33,857 nucleotides of DNA from a virus (taxonomy: Duplodnaviria > Caudoviricetes). Positions 1 through 8,617 of the stretch are shown in pieces. Within the stretch, counting starts at the first letter, position 1; each line of letters begins with the position of its first letter. The DNA lies in IMG/VR virus record IMGVR_UViG_3300032243_001106, positions 1 to 33,857 of that record; one strand, 5' to 3'. Both the position numbers and the translations under genes were made by a program. The notes under the pieces were generated by a model. The model did no database searches, had not been told where the DNA came from, and worked only from the letters and a program-made list of their open reading frames with translations.

Positions 1-139
1 CTCTGTTGTAGAGATGACTTTCATCGAACGGAAACATTTCCAATCGACAAAAATCATGAAACATATCAAGATCATCAAAGATCTTAACTACGTCTGGACG
101 ATTTTCAAAATATGCGTAGTCTTTGTAATTCTTAGCCAT
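1..139 (-). CDS. hypothetical protein, partial (runs off the left edge)
   Basis: Manual translation MAKNYKDYAYFENRPDVVKIFDDLDMFHDFCRLEMFPFDESHLYNR...; GAGG RBS upstream; not in the ORF track. Confidence 0.7.
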   Translation of the reverse strand, partial: MAKNYKDYAYFENRPDVVKIFDDLDMFHDFCRLEMFPFDESHLYNR

Positions 140-150
140 ATAGCCTCTTA

Positions 151-546
151 TTAGTATTTTATAAATGAACCATTTTCTCCGTCTTCGGAGACCTCAATCC
201 AAATCTCTCGACTTGGATACTTTAGTGTGATGATGTCATGTAAATTATCTGACATCATCTCACAACTCTTGTAGTCAAGGCTTAGAGTGGAACCTTGACC
301 ATTATACAGCGACTCGAGCCATCGTTTGAATTGGATGAACTCGATGTCCCTGTCATTGTGTTGCACACTGATCCACACCCTGAAATGAAAGATATGACGG
401 TGAGGATTAGCAAGGAACGATACATCATATTCATCTCCGGTTGCCAGATTAGGATCTGTAGCGGCTGCTGGGTAGCAATGGACGCCTTCCTTACGGAAAG
501 TAACCCATATCATTTTGTTAGGTCGAATGTCTTGTCGAATAATCAT
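151..546 (-). CDS. dpdL: QueD-like T-fold protein, probably DpdL type (putative 7-carboxy-7-deazaguanine decarboxylase)
   Basis: Has LANPHRHIF (LxxxHRHxF) in place of the QueD CxxxHGH motif, plus an N-terminal His, SCE and C-terminal VSEDGENG; same transcription unit as a TGT-fold gene. Confidence 0.65.
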   Translation of the reverse strand: MIIRQDIRPNKMIWVTFRKEGVHCYPAAATDPNLATGDEYDVSFLANPHRHIFHFRVWISVQHNDRDIEFIQFKRWLESLYNGQGSTLSLDYKSCEMMSDNLHDIITLKYPSREIWIEVSEDGENGSFIKY

Positions 547-812
547 AGTATATTTTTTGATGAAATTGGGCCTTTGCTTTGAAGACCGAAATATTCTTTA
601 ATAGCTACACCACAGAGGGTACGTTGATATGCGGCTTGTTCGCTAGGGCCTTCACTGGTAAATTTCATACCGTCAATGACACCAACACATTCGTTGACAA
701 GTAACTCAGCAAACTTTTCGTTGTAAGTTTCAATCCATGTGTCTACACCGAGTATACCTTGTGGTACACTTTGTTTTGCTTGATCGGCCAGCTCTTTAAT
801 TCGTTCGTTCAT
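543..812 (-). CDS. hypothetical phage protein (MNERIKELA-type)
   Basis: ORF with 4-nt overlaps to both neighbours. Confidence 0.7.
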   Translation of the reverse strand: MNERIKELADQAKQSVPQGILGVDTWIETYNEKFAELLVNECVGVIDGMKFTSEGPSEQAAYQRTLCGVAIKEYFGLQSKGPISSKNIL

Positions 813-1174
813 CGTAGTTGTTCCATAGTAATAATTTTGCCAAGTTCTTCACCAAGGTCTTTATCGTCTGTAATTATGTGTAAGCTATTACGATTTTCAT
901 CGCTCTTGCGATCGTACTTGGTTGTTTCAACAATAGTACCACCACTGGCACCATATATATTTAGGCGAAAGCCTTGTGAAGATAAATTTGGACCGTCACT
1001 ATCAATAGCAATAGAAGTTTCATAATCGTTGCTATCGTTCATTAACCAGCTACGGAGTTTTTGTTTTAAAGTTAGTTTCATAGTTTTCTGTTTTGTTACA
1101 CTAATTTTATTTGAGCCAACAACATGACGTCTTAGTCTCTTTGGAACTGAGGCCACTGCATAACCACCACTCAT
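809..1174 (-). CDS. hypothetical protein
   Basis: ORF coupled to both neighbours by ATGA overlaps. Confidence 0.7.
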   Translation of the reverse strand: MSGGYAVASVPKRLRRHVVGSNKISVTKQKTMKLTLKQKLRSWLMNDSNDYETSIAIDSDGPNLSSQGFRLNIYGASGGTIVETTKYDRKSDENRNSLHIITDDKDLGEELGKIITMEQLR

Positions 1175-1722
1175 TTTATAATCTCATCTTTGCCATATTG
1201 ATCCCAACTAGTAAACTTATTTCTATCTAGAAGGTCATGTAGGCTATGACACCAAACCCCATGATTAGATGCATTAAAATCTTTATCGTCTAGCTTAATT
1301 GTAGCATTATATCCTAACTGTGTCAAGTAGGGCAACTTAACCGAAATCTGCGGAATGAACTGCTTGTGTTCGACCAAGGCGCTTTCAATAACACCTTCAA
1401 CTTGTGCAACATCAAAATCTAGAGTACACCAATAGCCAGCATCAAGACATTCTTGTATCATATATTCCCATGGACGCCAACCTTCTACATCATTGACTTC
1501 TAGTTTTGGAAAGCTCTGATTGGCACCAAAATAGATATGCTTGATACGCTTGCTCTCATCGAGATACGCTTGGGTGTCGTTGGCAATATGTAATACTGTT
1601 TGGGGATCGTGTGTGCCTACAACAAAAAGAGTTTTCATTCCATAGGCAGGAGTCTTTTCAATTTCGATGCCTGTAAAGAATGTAATGTCAGTGGCTATAC
1701 CTGATGTGTAATCACGCTTCAT
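1171..1722 (-). CDS. hypothetical protein in the deazaguanine-modification operon
   Basis: 183-aa globular-looking ORF (HIYFGANQSF, GVWCH); no family recognised. Confidence 0.75.
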   Translation of the reverse strand: MKRDYTSGIATDITFFTGIEIEKTPAYGMKTLFVVGTHDPQTVLHIANDTQAYLDESKRIKHIYFGANQSFPKLEVNDVEGWRPWEYMIQECLDAGYWCTLDFDVAQVEGVIESALVEHKQFIPQISVKLPYLTQLGYNATIKLDDKDFNASNHGVWCHSLHDLLDRNKFTSWDQYGKDEIIK

Positions 1723-1724
1723 GA

Positions 1725-1883
1725 TTATTTTCCTTTGAAGAAGTTAATGAGATTATAAAAACGTGATTTGTAAGGATCTTTGATAATTTGTTCTGCCAGA
1801 GATGGCAGGTGGGGACAACGTCCTTGACGCCATGCGCAATCATCTGTTGGCGGTTTACGGCAAATAGAGCAGATTCTTTTCAT
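1725..1883 (-). CDS. small Cys-rich protein (52 aa), possibly Zn-binding
   Basis: Manual translation MKRICSICRKPPTDDCAWRQGRCPHLPSLAEQIIKDPYKSRFYNLINFFKGK; ATGA overlap with the upstream gene; fills the gap. Confidence 0.65.
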   Translation of the reverse strand: MKRICSICRKPPTDDCAWRQGRCPHLPSLAEQIIKDPYKSRFYNLINFFKGK

Positions 1884-2194
1884 TCTGGTTTTCCGCCTGT
1901 ACAGCTACCGCCTTCAAACCATATACCCATTGCCTGTTTCCGATAGTCTTCGAGTTCATCAATTTGTTCGAGATCGCCAATGTGTACATAACCTTTGACT
2001 ATAATACTTTCATCATCGATACAAACTAGCCAAACATGTTGATTTGTTTCATCTTCGTTGTGATAATGGTCGATTCTAAATGTATGACCTTTATACATCT
2101 CATAATGAGGAGCATACGGCTCTTTATACATTTTATCCAAGAACCGATAAAGGCAGGTCGCAGCTTTTCTATCTTCAGTAGTAAAAGTCGTCAC
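1880..2194 (-). CDS. hypothetical protein
   Basis: ORF with ATGA overlaps on both sides. Confidence 0.7.
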   Translation of the reverse strand: MTTFTTEDRKAATCLYRFLDKMYKEPYAPHYEMYKGHTFRIDHYHNEDETNQHVWLVCIDDESIIVKGYVHIGDLEQIDELEDYRKQAMGIWFEGGSCTGGKPE

Positions 2195-2403
2195 TCTTCG
2201 AATCCCTGTTTTAGAATTTGTTTATGTTCGTATTCTTCTTGCTTATGTTTAAGTATAGCAATTTTATCCTTTAAAAGCAACCTTTCTTTTTTCAATTCTT
2301 CTAGTTTAAGGTCATTAAACAACCCTGTTTTTTCCAAAGTATCAACTTGTTTGTCCAAAGCACGATGTGCTTCTTCTAGATGTGCAATTCGATTTTCATA
2401 CAT
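2191..2403 (-). CDS. DUF465/YdcH-like small coiled-coil protein
   Basis: LEEAHRALDKQV...LEELKKERLLLKDKI pattern; GGAG RBS. Confidence 0.65.
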   Translation of the reverse strand: MYENRIAHLEEAHRALDKQVDTLEKTGLFNDLKLEELKKERLLLKDKIAILKHKQEEYEHKQILKQGFEE

Positions 2404-2405
2404 AA

Positions 2406-2816
2406 TTATATCTCCTCAAAAAGATCAGAAAACATTCGATTGGTATATGTGTATCTTTTTTTATTGTCCCCAAATAGTTTGGTCTTTTTATTGTGACAAT
2501 TAGCACACAGTATTTTTAGATTGTCTGGAGAAGTGTTGAGCTTATCTCCGTCGTGATGATCGATGGTTAAACTTTCAGTTTTAGAATCTCTGCAAAACCA
2601 TCCAAGATATCCTTCTTTATTTTGGCAACCGATAGATTGCATCCACTCATCTACTTCGTGTCGTAAGACGTTTCGATGAGTTTCACAAAAAGTCTTCCAT
2701 TTCCAATTAGGACTTCCGTCTTTCTTTGTATATGATTTGTGATAGCCCACTTGACTGTGGCAAGACGGTAGACTGCATTTTGGTGCATGAAGTCGTGCAG
2801 TGGATTGTGAACGCAT
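2406..2816 (-). CDS. HNH endonuclease
   Basis: LTIDHHDGDKLNTSPDNLKILCANCHNKKT motif; N-terminal Cys/His cluster. Confidence 0.85.
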   Translation of the reverse strand: MRSQSTARLHAPKCSLPSCHSQVGYHKSYTKKDGSPNWKWKTFCETHRNVLRHEVDEWMQSIGCQNKEGYLGWFCRDSKTESLTIDHHDGDKLNTSPDNLKILCANCHNKKTKLFGDNKKRYTYTNRMFSDLFEEI

Positions 2817-2827
2817 TTAAAACTTTC

Positions 2828-4435
2828 TTATTCTGCTACTAGACTATTTAGATCATCATCATCTGGATTAGAAAAATCAATTTCACCTGATTTCTTTCCG
2901 TCTCCAAAATCAAACAAACTACCAAATGTATTTGCTGCTGGACCACCTTGCAGTCGAGCACCTTCGAGACTCTTTAAGAATTGACCAGCATTTTCGATCA
3001 TGTCAAAGGCTTCTGCTTTAGTCTTGGTGTTAAACAATTCTTCAATAAATGTAGAAAAGTATAGAATCTTGTTTGGAACCCAATCGCTAAATTCGATTTC
3101 TTTCTTGCCTTCAATGCTCTTCATTCGCCAGTCTGGCTTAAATCTAGCACATTCAATGTCCATAAGCTGTTGAGCACGTTGAACTGCTTTAATATGACAT
3201 TCTACATTATGGCCCATCATTAGAGCATAACTGAAACTGTCCCAACTAGTCTTGTTTGGAATCTTGCCCAGCTTGTTAAGTTTCGGAACTGTGTGATAGT
3301 GTTCAGGATTTAGGTGATTAAATTTAACATCGCCAAGTTCGGCATCGGTCTTACGAGCACCATAATCATAATATGCAATGTCGCCCATAGTTAACCGACT
3401 TGCAAATTCACTTTCAAACGGAAACGGAATATCTTGACGTCCTGAAAGTGCTTTATTGTCCGGAGCCTTGTCCATAATAACTGACCAACGCTTGTTAGTA
3501 TGTTGTGCATTTGTGTAAACAAGGCCGTGAGCAGTGGCAATGAACGGACTTGCACAGTCGAAGCTGATAGTAAGCTCCGGATTAATATGTTTGCGGAGTT
3601 GACGTTGTATTTGTGTCAAGTAGCATGACCAATCTAATTGTGCTGTACCTAAGAAGTGGATCCAGTTCTTGCCTGTAAGCATGCCTTCGTCACGCATGAT
3701 CATTAGACGTTTAAGTGTAATATCCATCTTACACATATTAGCACCACCAAACGCCCAACCTTCTGCGGCTTTATCACCCCATACTGCTGGATCACTAAAT
3801 TCTACAACACCACGATACCATTTTTCTGCTGTATCCCAGTCACCACCTTGCAAGACATTGAGCCATTTAGTTTGACCAAGTCTATTTTCCAAGAAATACT
3901 TGTTGTTAAATTTTGTTTTATCTAGACAATCTTCGAATGTTTTCAAACCAGTCTTTGGGCTGTGGATATGATCACAGGCCCAAGTAGGCACGTCTAACAT
4001 CATCGACCAATCAGCAGTTAACTCTAGCCATTCAAGGATCTTTTTACGAGTCTTATTAGCTTCTGCACCTTCGAAGTTCAACCAGTCAAATTTAAGAACA
4101 CCTTTACCGATCTGATAACCACCGGAGTCACCCAAGATCATTGTATTGCCACGATCACGTTGTTGGATCATAGACTCTTGTTCTACTGACTTTTCCAAGT
4201 CAAGTTGTGCATGACCTGCAGAGTATAGGGCATACTTGTAGGTAAAGTATCCTTGATCCGCATTTAAGAAGTTCATACCCTCAATACCGCGATCGAAACC
4301 TTTAGGAATACGATCGGTTGATACAAACTCCTCTAATCGCTGTTTAGCAATATAGGTACTATAAAAAGAACTAATCGCAGGGAGGTATACTGCATAGTCT
4401 TTCTGTAGTGGAGTTAAATTGACTGGTGATTTCAT
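2828..4435 (-). CDS. dpdA: TGT-fold transglycosylase, DpdA-like (7-deazaguanine insertion into DNA)
   Basis: TGT catalytic motifs DSGGYQ, MMLDVP, LNVLQG, IHFLG, ISFDCAS and a late HN; no CxCxxC Zn site; replication-gene and QueD-like context. Confidence 0.75.
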   Translation of the reverse strand: MKSPVNLTPLQKDYAVYLPAISSFYSTYIAKQRLEEFVSTDRIPKGFDRGIEGMNFLNADQGYFTYKYALYSAGHAQLDLEKSVEQESMIQQRDRGNTMILGDSGGYQIGKGVLKFDWLNFEGAEANKTRKKILEWLELTADWSMMLDVPTWACDHIHSPKTGLKTFEDCLDKTKFNNKYFLENRLGQTKWLNVLQGGDWDTAEKWYRGVVEFSDPAVWGDKAAEGWAFGGANMCKMDITLKRLMIMRDEGMLTGKNWIHFLGTAQLDWSCYLTQIQRQLRKHINPELTISFDCASPFIATAHGLVYTNAQHTNKRWSVIMDKAPDNKALSGRQDIPFPFESEFASRLTMGDIAYYDYGARKTDAELGDVKFNHLNPEHYHTVPKLNKLGKIPNKTSWDSFSYALMMGHNVECHIKAVQRAQQLMDIECARFKPDWRMKSIEGKKEIEFSDWVPNKILYFSTFIEELFNTKTKAEAFDMIENAGQFLKSLEGARLQGGPAANTFGSLFDFGDGKKSGEIDFSNPDDDDLNSLVAE

Positions 4436-4437
4436 GT

Positions 4438-5175
4438 TTAGGCTGCCTGAGCTGGAATAATGTATTTGTAAGTAGCAAGGCCACTGTCAAGAGTAATTTG
4501 AATAGCACCTTCGTTTGACAATGACATTTTTGTGTTGTTTACATCTGCAATCTTAAGAATACTCAAGATTGGTAATACTGGCCATGTCCAACCACGGTTA
4601 AGAGCACCAGCTACATTTTGTGCAAATATAAATTCGCCACCGTGTGTACTAGCATCACCAAAAATAAACTTCAAATTGCCACCTTCTGTTTTGGCAAGGA
4701 ACGTTGGATGTTCATTGTTAGCGCCAGCTTGGAAGTTGAAACGTGTCACAGCAGCAACAGTGGGTTCAATTTCTACATCCCACTTAACGCCACGGAACTT
4801 GACAGTTTTCATCTTTTCGTTGATGATTTCTGAATTCATAAAACGATAGTCGTTTTTAAAGTCACTATCTTTGTTTTCAAAATGAATACCGACCGGAATA
4901 GTCTCACCATTGCGTTCTGCTGTAGTAATGCTGATTTTAGCATTGTCTTTATATTCAGCACCATCTAACAAGTATTTTAACTTGTTAAGTTGCGGCATGC
5001 CAAACGTGCCGAGCATTTCTGCATATGGAGCCGCAGTTTCTGCCTCCATAATAACTGACCGATCATCAGCCATTGAGTTAATCGTTGTACCTTTATCAGT
5101 ACCTGTGACTTTAACAGTTGTTAAAAAGCCTAGATTCTGTGTGTGGCTTACGATGTCTTGTAAAATGTCTTTCAT
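4438..5175 (-). CDS. DNA sliding clamp (gp45/PCNA-like)
   Basis: 245 aa, directly downstream of PolB; SMADDRSVIM and C-terminal ATYKYIIPA resemble clamp strands; a clamp loader is in the window. Confidence 0.7.
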   Translation of the reverse strand: MKDILQDIVSHTQNLGFLTTVKVTGTDKGTTINSMADDRSVIMEAETAAPYAEMLGTFGMPQLNKLKYLLDGAEYKDNAKISITTAERNGETIPVGIHFENKDSDFKNDYRFMNSEIINEKMKTVKFRGVKWDVEIEPTVAAVTRFNFQAGANNEHPTFLAKTEGGNLKFIFGDASTHGGEFIFAQNVAGALNRGWTWPVLPILSILKIADVNNTKMSLSNEGAIQITLDSGLATYKYIIPAQAA

Positions 5176-5199
5176 TTAGATTTCTCCGGTTATATTAAG

Positions 5200-5228
5200 A
5201 TTATATTTAGATCGTGCATAAAAGTCAA
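5200..5228 (-). promoter_or_regulatory. sigma70-type promoter for the clamp-dpdA operon
   Basis: TTGACT-17 nt-TATAAT on the minus strand, followed by a GGAG RBS. Confidence 0.8.
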
Positions 5229-5235
5229 GTATTTT

Positions 5236-7905
5236 TTATTCAAAATCAAATAATTTGTTGAAGTTGTTATCACTTCGGGTTGAACTGATATCCCATTCTA
5301 GAACACCAATTAAATTTCCTAACTTCTCGTCGATGACAGTAGTTTCCATTACAGCATCATCGAATGGCAAGTCTTTGAACCATTGCGGCAAACGAAGTTC
5401 GTCAACAGGATATGCAACACTGGTATACCCCATTGGGTTATCTTTAACTTTACATACAATAACTTTAGCACCATCGACGATTTGAACAGAGTATTTGTCG
5501 TCCATCATACGCTTCAGAGTATTCCAGTTAAGACTAGCACGAACGTGTCCGGGCATGTTAGTTTTACCTGCTTTCTTTTCTTTATTGGCATATTCAGTAA
5601 TGTTATTAGCACGTTTGGGACTACCTTTCTCCCAACCTGGTCTAGTTTTAAACTCTGTGCGGAATGCAGTAATGTACTCTAGTACTTCTTCTTTTTCAGC
5701 ACCGTTTAGAACTCTGGTCAATACTTCACTCAAGAAGTCTTGAATTACTACAGGAGTATCTGATCTTTTTAAGTCAAGACCCATGGCTTTGATTTCGCCT
5801 GGTTTACCATCAACATCGGAACGTTTTCCTTCCTTGTCATAATAGAGGACTGCGTATCGCTTTTTGGTAATGAATAGTCCTTTGGAAGCAACAATCTCGC
5901 GACCTGCTTTGATGACTTCTCCTCGAGTTTTTGGACAGTGGAATGCATCTTGCATGAATTTTGGGAATGTTCCATTTACTTCTTCTCCTATGGTATCATA
6001 AAGTTCAACAACAGATTCTTTTGACCACGGCAATGTGCCTTTGTCAATTTCTTTCTTAAGAGTATTATATGCTGAAAAGTAACATGAATCAGTATCACCA
6101 TAGATAATTGCTTTACCTACGTGATCGTTTTCTCCAGTAATAATTTCGTTTACTTTACCTGCCATATGACGAGCGATGGCTCGTCCAGTAAGTGTGGTTG
6201 ATTGGCCAATCCTGTTATCAAAGAAACGACAGCCAGGATTAAGAATAGCACCATACAAACTATTAAGCAAAATCTTTTTAACAAGTTGACGTTTATCCCA
6301 ATATTCTTCTTCAATTTTATTTCCTGCCTTGATACATTCTCGCAGTTTGGCTTGCATCTCTTTGCGTTCAGCATACCAACGCTTGAGTAGTCCAGGGATG
6401 ATACCTTCCTTCTCGTAGGTAAAGATAGTGCCGTTAGCACTAATCATCCACGGCTGATTGCTTTCAAATATTAAATCGTATGCCTGAGCAGCCGACAGTG
6501 TATCATGGCCGCCATCTTCCCAGTCGATAGTAATTTCTCTGCTAACTTCTCGATTCATTACAGCAGTATATTCTACACTACCAAACATATTTTCCCAAGC
6601 ATTGGCAAAGCTACTGCCTTTTTCTATTTTTTCTTCAATAAACGCCTTGGTGCCGTCTTGACGCAATTGACCAACAATAGTTTCAGGTCCCATATTTAAA
6701 GCCCGAATAGCACTAGGATAGAGACTATTAATGTCAAGAGAACCAATCCACTCATGTATACCTTTCTTCGGATATGCAACATAGGCACCCGCCGCCGCTG
6801 TGTTTTCGTTGGAATCACGCTGTATTCGATTGGGAACAATCATTCCACGGCGATGTGATTCATTAATAATAGCTTGCTCAGTTACAGCTACAGCACCCAT
6901 TGTGGTTTGAATTAATACTGTGTTTTCATGAGCAATGGTATTTGCAAGATCGATAAATTTTAATTTTTTATCTAGCTTTTCAAGAAGCATGCAGTCGTTG
7001 ATGTTATATTCGACAAATGTTCTAAAATCATTGTTGTACAGTTGATCCAGGGTACCTTCGTATTGTGTTTTGCGTTCACCTAGTTCATATTCAGCGATAG
7101 CATCTAGCCTATATGTATGACGTTCTTCATAGGTGTATTTGCGATATAATTCTAATGAGTCGATATGCACACGACCGATAAAATCATAAGTTACCGCGGC
7201 CTTGCCGTACTTTTCATATTCACGTTTTTTAGGAAATTGATTCCACAGACAAAAACGTCTGGTATCTTCTTTACTTAATGCCTTGGTAACACGATTAACA
7301 GTATACGGAATATCGAATCCTTCGCTATTCCAGCCGCTCAATACATCTGCATCTTGAATTAAATCTAAGAATGTATTTAGCATGTCCGCTTCGTTATCGA
7401 ACAGCATAGTATTAGGAAATTCTTCAACTTGTTTTTCTGCCTCGGCCATAGATAATGTCTTGGGCGGAATAGCCAAGCATACCATAGTTCCCATCCATTG
7501 AAGATAAACAGCAATAGCCGTGATGGGCATAAATGCATCATCAGGACTTGCATAGCCACGTTCTGGATCGAAGTCTACCTCAATATCAAAAAATGCTACA
7601 TTTAGTTTAGGAGCATCGATATTTAGATAGTTGTCTTCTAGACAACGATAACTGGCATTAATATCGCTTTCGAATAATTTACGATTGGAATGGATGGCCA
7701 GTTCTTTGCGATGTTCTTTAACATTCTTGCTTGTAACACGACTAAGGGGATCTCCCTTGATTGAAAGGAATTTACCTTTAGGGTCTTGATAATAAAAGAT
7801 ATGACGAGCTGGATATTCTTTAAATGTTCGGTTGCCGTTACTATCACGTTCAACAACATTGATTTTATCCTGCTCTCTATCATAGAAAGCGTCTACGTAA
7901 CTCAA
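5236..7905 (-). CDS. family B DNA polymerase (gp43-like) with 3'-5' exonuclease
   Basis: Exonuclease motifs DIEVD, GWNSEGFDIPY, YNINDC; polymerase motifs DINSLYPS, KILLNSLYG, YGDTDS, KKRY; TTG start with AGGAG RBS. Confidence 0.97.
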   Translation of the reverse strand: MSYVDAFYDREQDKINVVERDSNGNRTFKEYPARHIFYYQDPKGKFLSIKGDPLSRVTSKNVKEHRKELAIHSNRKLFESDINASYRCLEDNYLNIDAPKLNVAFFDIEVDFDPERGYASPDDAFMPITAIAVYLQWMGTMVCLAIPPKTLSMAEAEKQVEEFPNTMLFDNEADMLNTFLDLIQDADVLSGWNSEGFDIPYTVNRVTKALSKEDTRRFCLWNQFPKKREYEKYGKAAVTYDFIGRVHIDSLELYRKYTYEERHTYRLDAIAEYELGERKTQYEGTLDQLYNNDFRTFVEYNINDCMLLEKLDKKLKFIDLANTIAHENTVLIQTTMGAVAVTEQAIINESHRRGMIVPNRIQRDSNENTAAAGAYVAYPKKGIHEWIGSLDINSLYPSAIRALNMGPETIVGQLRQDGTKAFIEEKIEKGSSFANAWENMFGSVEYTAVMNREVSREITIDWEDGGHDTLSAAQAYDLIFESNQPWMISANGTIFTYEKEGIIPGLLKRWYAERKEMQAKLRECIKAGNKIEEEYWDKRQLVKKILLNSLYGAILNPGCRFFDNRIGQSTTLTGRAIARHMAGKVNEIITGENDHVGKAIIYGDTDSCYFSAYNTLKKEIDKGTLPWSKESVVELYDTIGEEVNGTFPKFMQDAFHCPKTRGEVIKAGREIVASKGLFITKKRYAVLYYDKEGKRSDVDGKPGEIKAMGLDLKRSDTPVVIQDFLSEVLTRVLNGAEKEEVLEYITAFRTEFKTRPGWEKGSPKRANNITEYANKEKKAGKTNMPGHVRASLNWNTLKRMMDDKYSVQIVDGAKVIVCKVKDNPMGYTSVAYPVDELRLPQWFKDLPFDDAVMETTVIDEKLGNLIGVLEWDISSTRSDNNFNKLFDFE

Positions 7906-7981
7906 ATTTTTCTCCTATGCAATTTACGGCTTGCAAATACCAAAATTGCGGATTGTGGCCTCGCCTACCTTCTTACTTTAT

Positions 7982-8275
7982 TTAATTAATTAGCATTCTA
8001 GCTAGACCAAATGTATCAATTGCGGTTAGCAAGATATAGTTAGCCAGCATACCAAAACTCTTCCTAGTATAAGCAGCCCATGCATACATAGCACAGCCAC
8101 TAATCCAGATAGGATATAATACAAGAAGAGGAGGATTAGGCACGGTGACTGCCATGGTGATCGAGCAACCAATACTAACAGCCCAAGCGAGCAGCTCAAT
8201 GCCAAAACGCAAAGGATGAGTTCGATAATCACCTTTAATCCAATCTATTGTAGGTTTAAAAAAATCAATAATCAT
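7982..8275 (-). CDS. small membrane protein (about 3 TM segments)
   Basis: Three hydrophobic segments. Confidence 0.7.
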   Translation of the reverse strand: MIIDFFKPTIDWIKGDYRTHPLRFGIELLAWAVSIGCSITMAVTVPNPPLLVLYPIWISGCAMYAWAAYTRKSFGMLANYILLTAIDTFGLARMLIN

Positions 8276-8532
8276 TCTGGTAAATTTTTAGTAACACCTA
8301 GGATACCTTCGATCTCTTCCCATTCAGCTTCGTGGTCTTTCCAGTTGTCTTTGTGTGCAATTTTAATTGCTTTAGTGATCCAACTTGGCTTAATCTGCAA
8401 TTCTTCTGCCACTGCCTTAACAGTTTCTTTAAGTCCTTCATTAAGATCTTCTACTTCACGAAGTACATTAGAGCCTTCGTTGATTAATCGTTCTAGTTTT
8501 GCTTTTTCTTCTGGACCGTACATTTTAGCCAT
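8272..8532 (-). CDS. dsDNA-binding protein, T4 DsbA/GapR-like
   Basis: KLERLINE...EVEDLNEGLKETVKAVAEELQIKPSWITKAIK helical pattern; AAGGAG RBS. Confidence 0.6.
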   Translation of the reverse strand: MAKMYGPEEKAKLERLINEGSNVLREVEDLNEGLKETVKAVAEELQIKPSWITKAIKIAHKDNWKDHEAEWEEIEGILGVTKNLPE

Positions 8533-8555
8533 ATGATAAATCTCCTTATATGACT

Positions 8556-8584
8556 ATTATACAGTCATAAAAAAAGCCAGTCAA
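8556..8584 (-). promoter_or_regulatory. sigma70-type promoter for the DsbA-like/PolB unit
   Basis: TTGACT-17 nt-TATAAT. Confidence 0.8.
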
Positions 8585-8600
8585 CCTAATGACTGGCTTT
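8569..8600 (-). terminator. rho-independent terminator
   Basis: AAAGCCAGTCA/TGACTGGCTTT inverted repeat ending in a T7 run on the minus strand, just after the 8618-9469 stop. Confidence 0.8.
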
Positions 8601-8617
8601 GTTTACCAAACGGTAAA

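Noticed and set aside
2828-4435. Canonical tRNA-guanine transglycosylase (tgt)
   Set aside because: Lacks the CxCxxC Zn site, is much longer, and sits among replication genes; a DNA-acting DpdA-like role fits better, though it is unproven.
5236-7905. Intein or intron in the polymerase
   Set aside because: All motifs are contiguous in 889 aa; no splicing or endonuclease insert seen.
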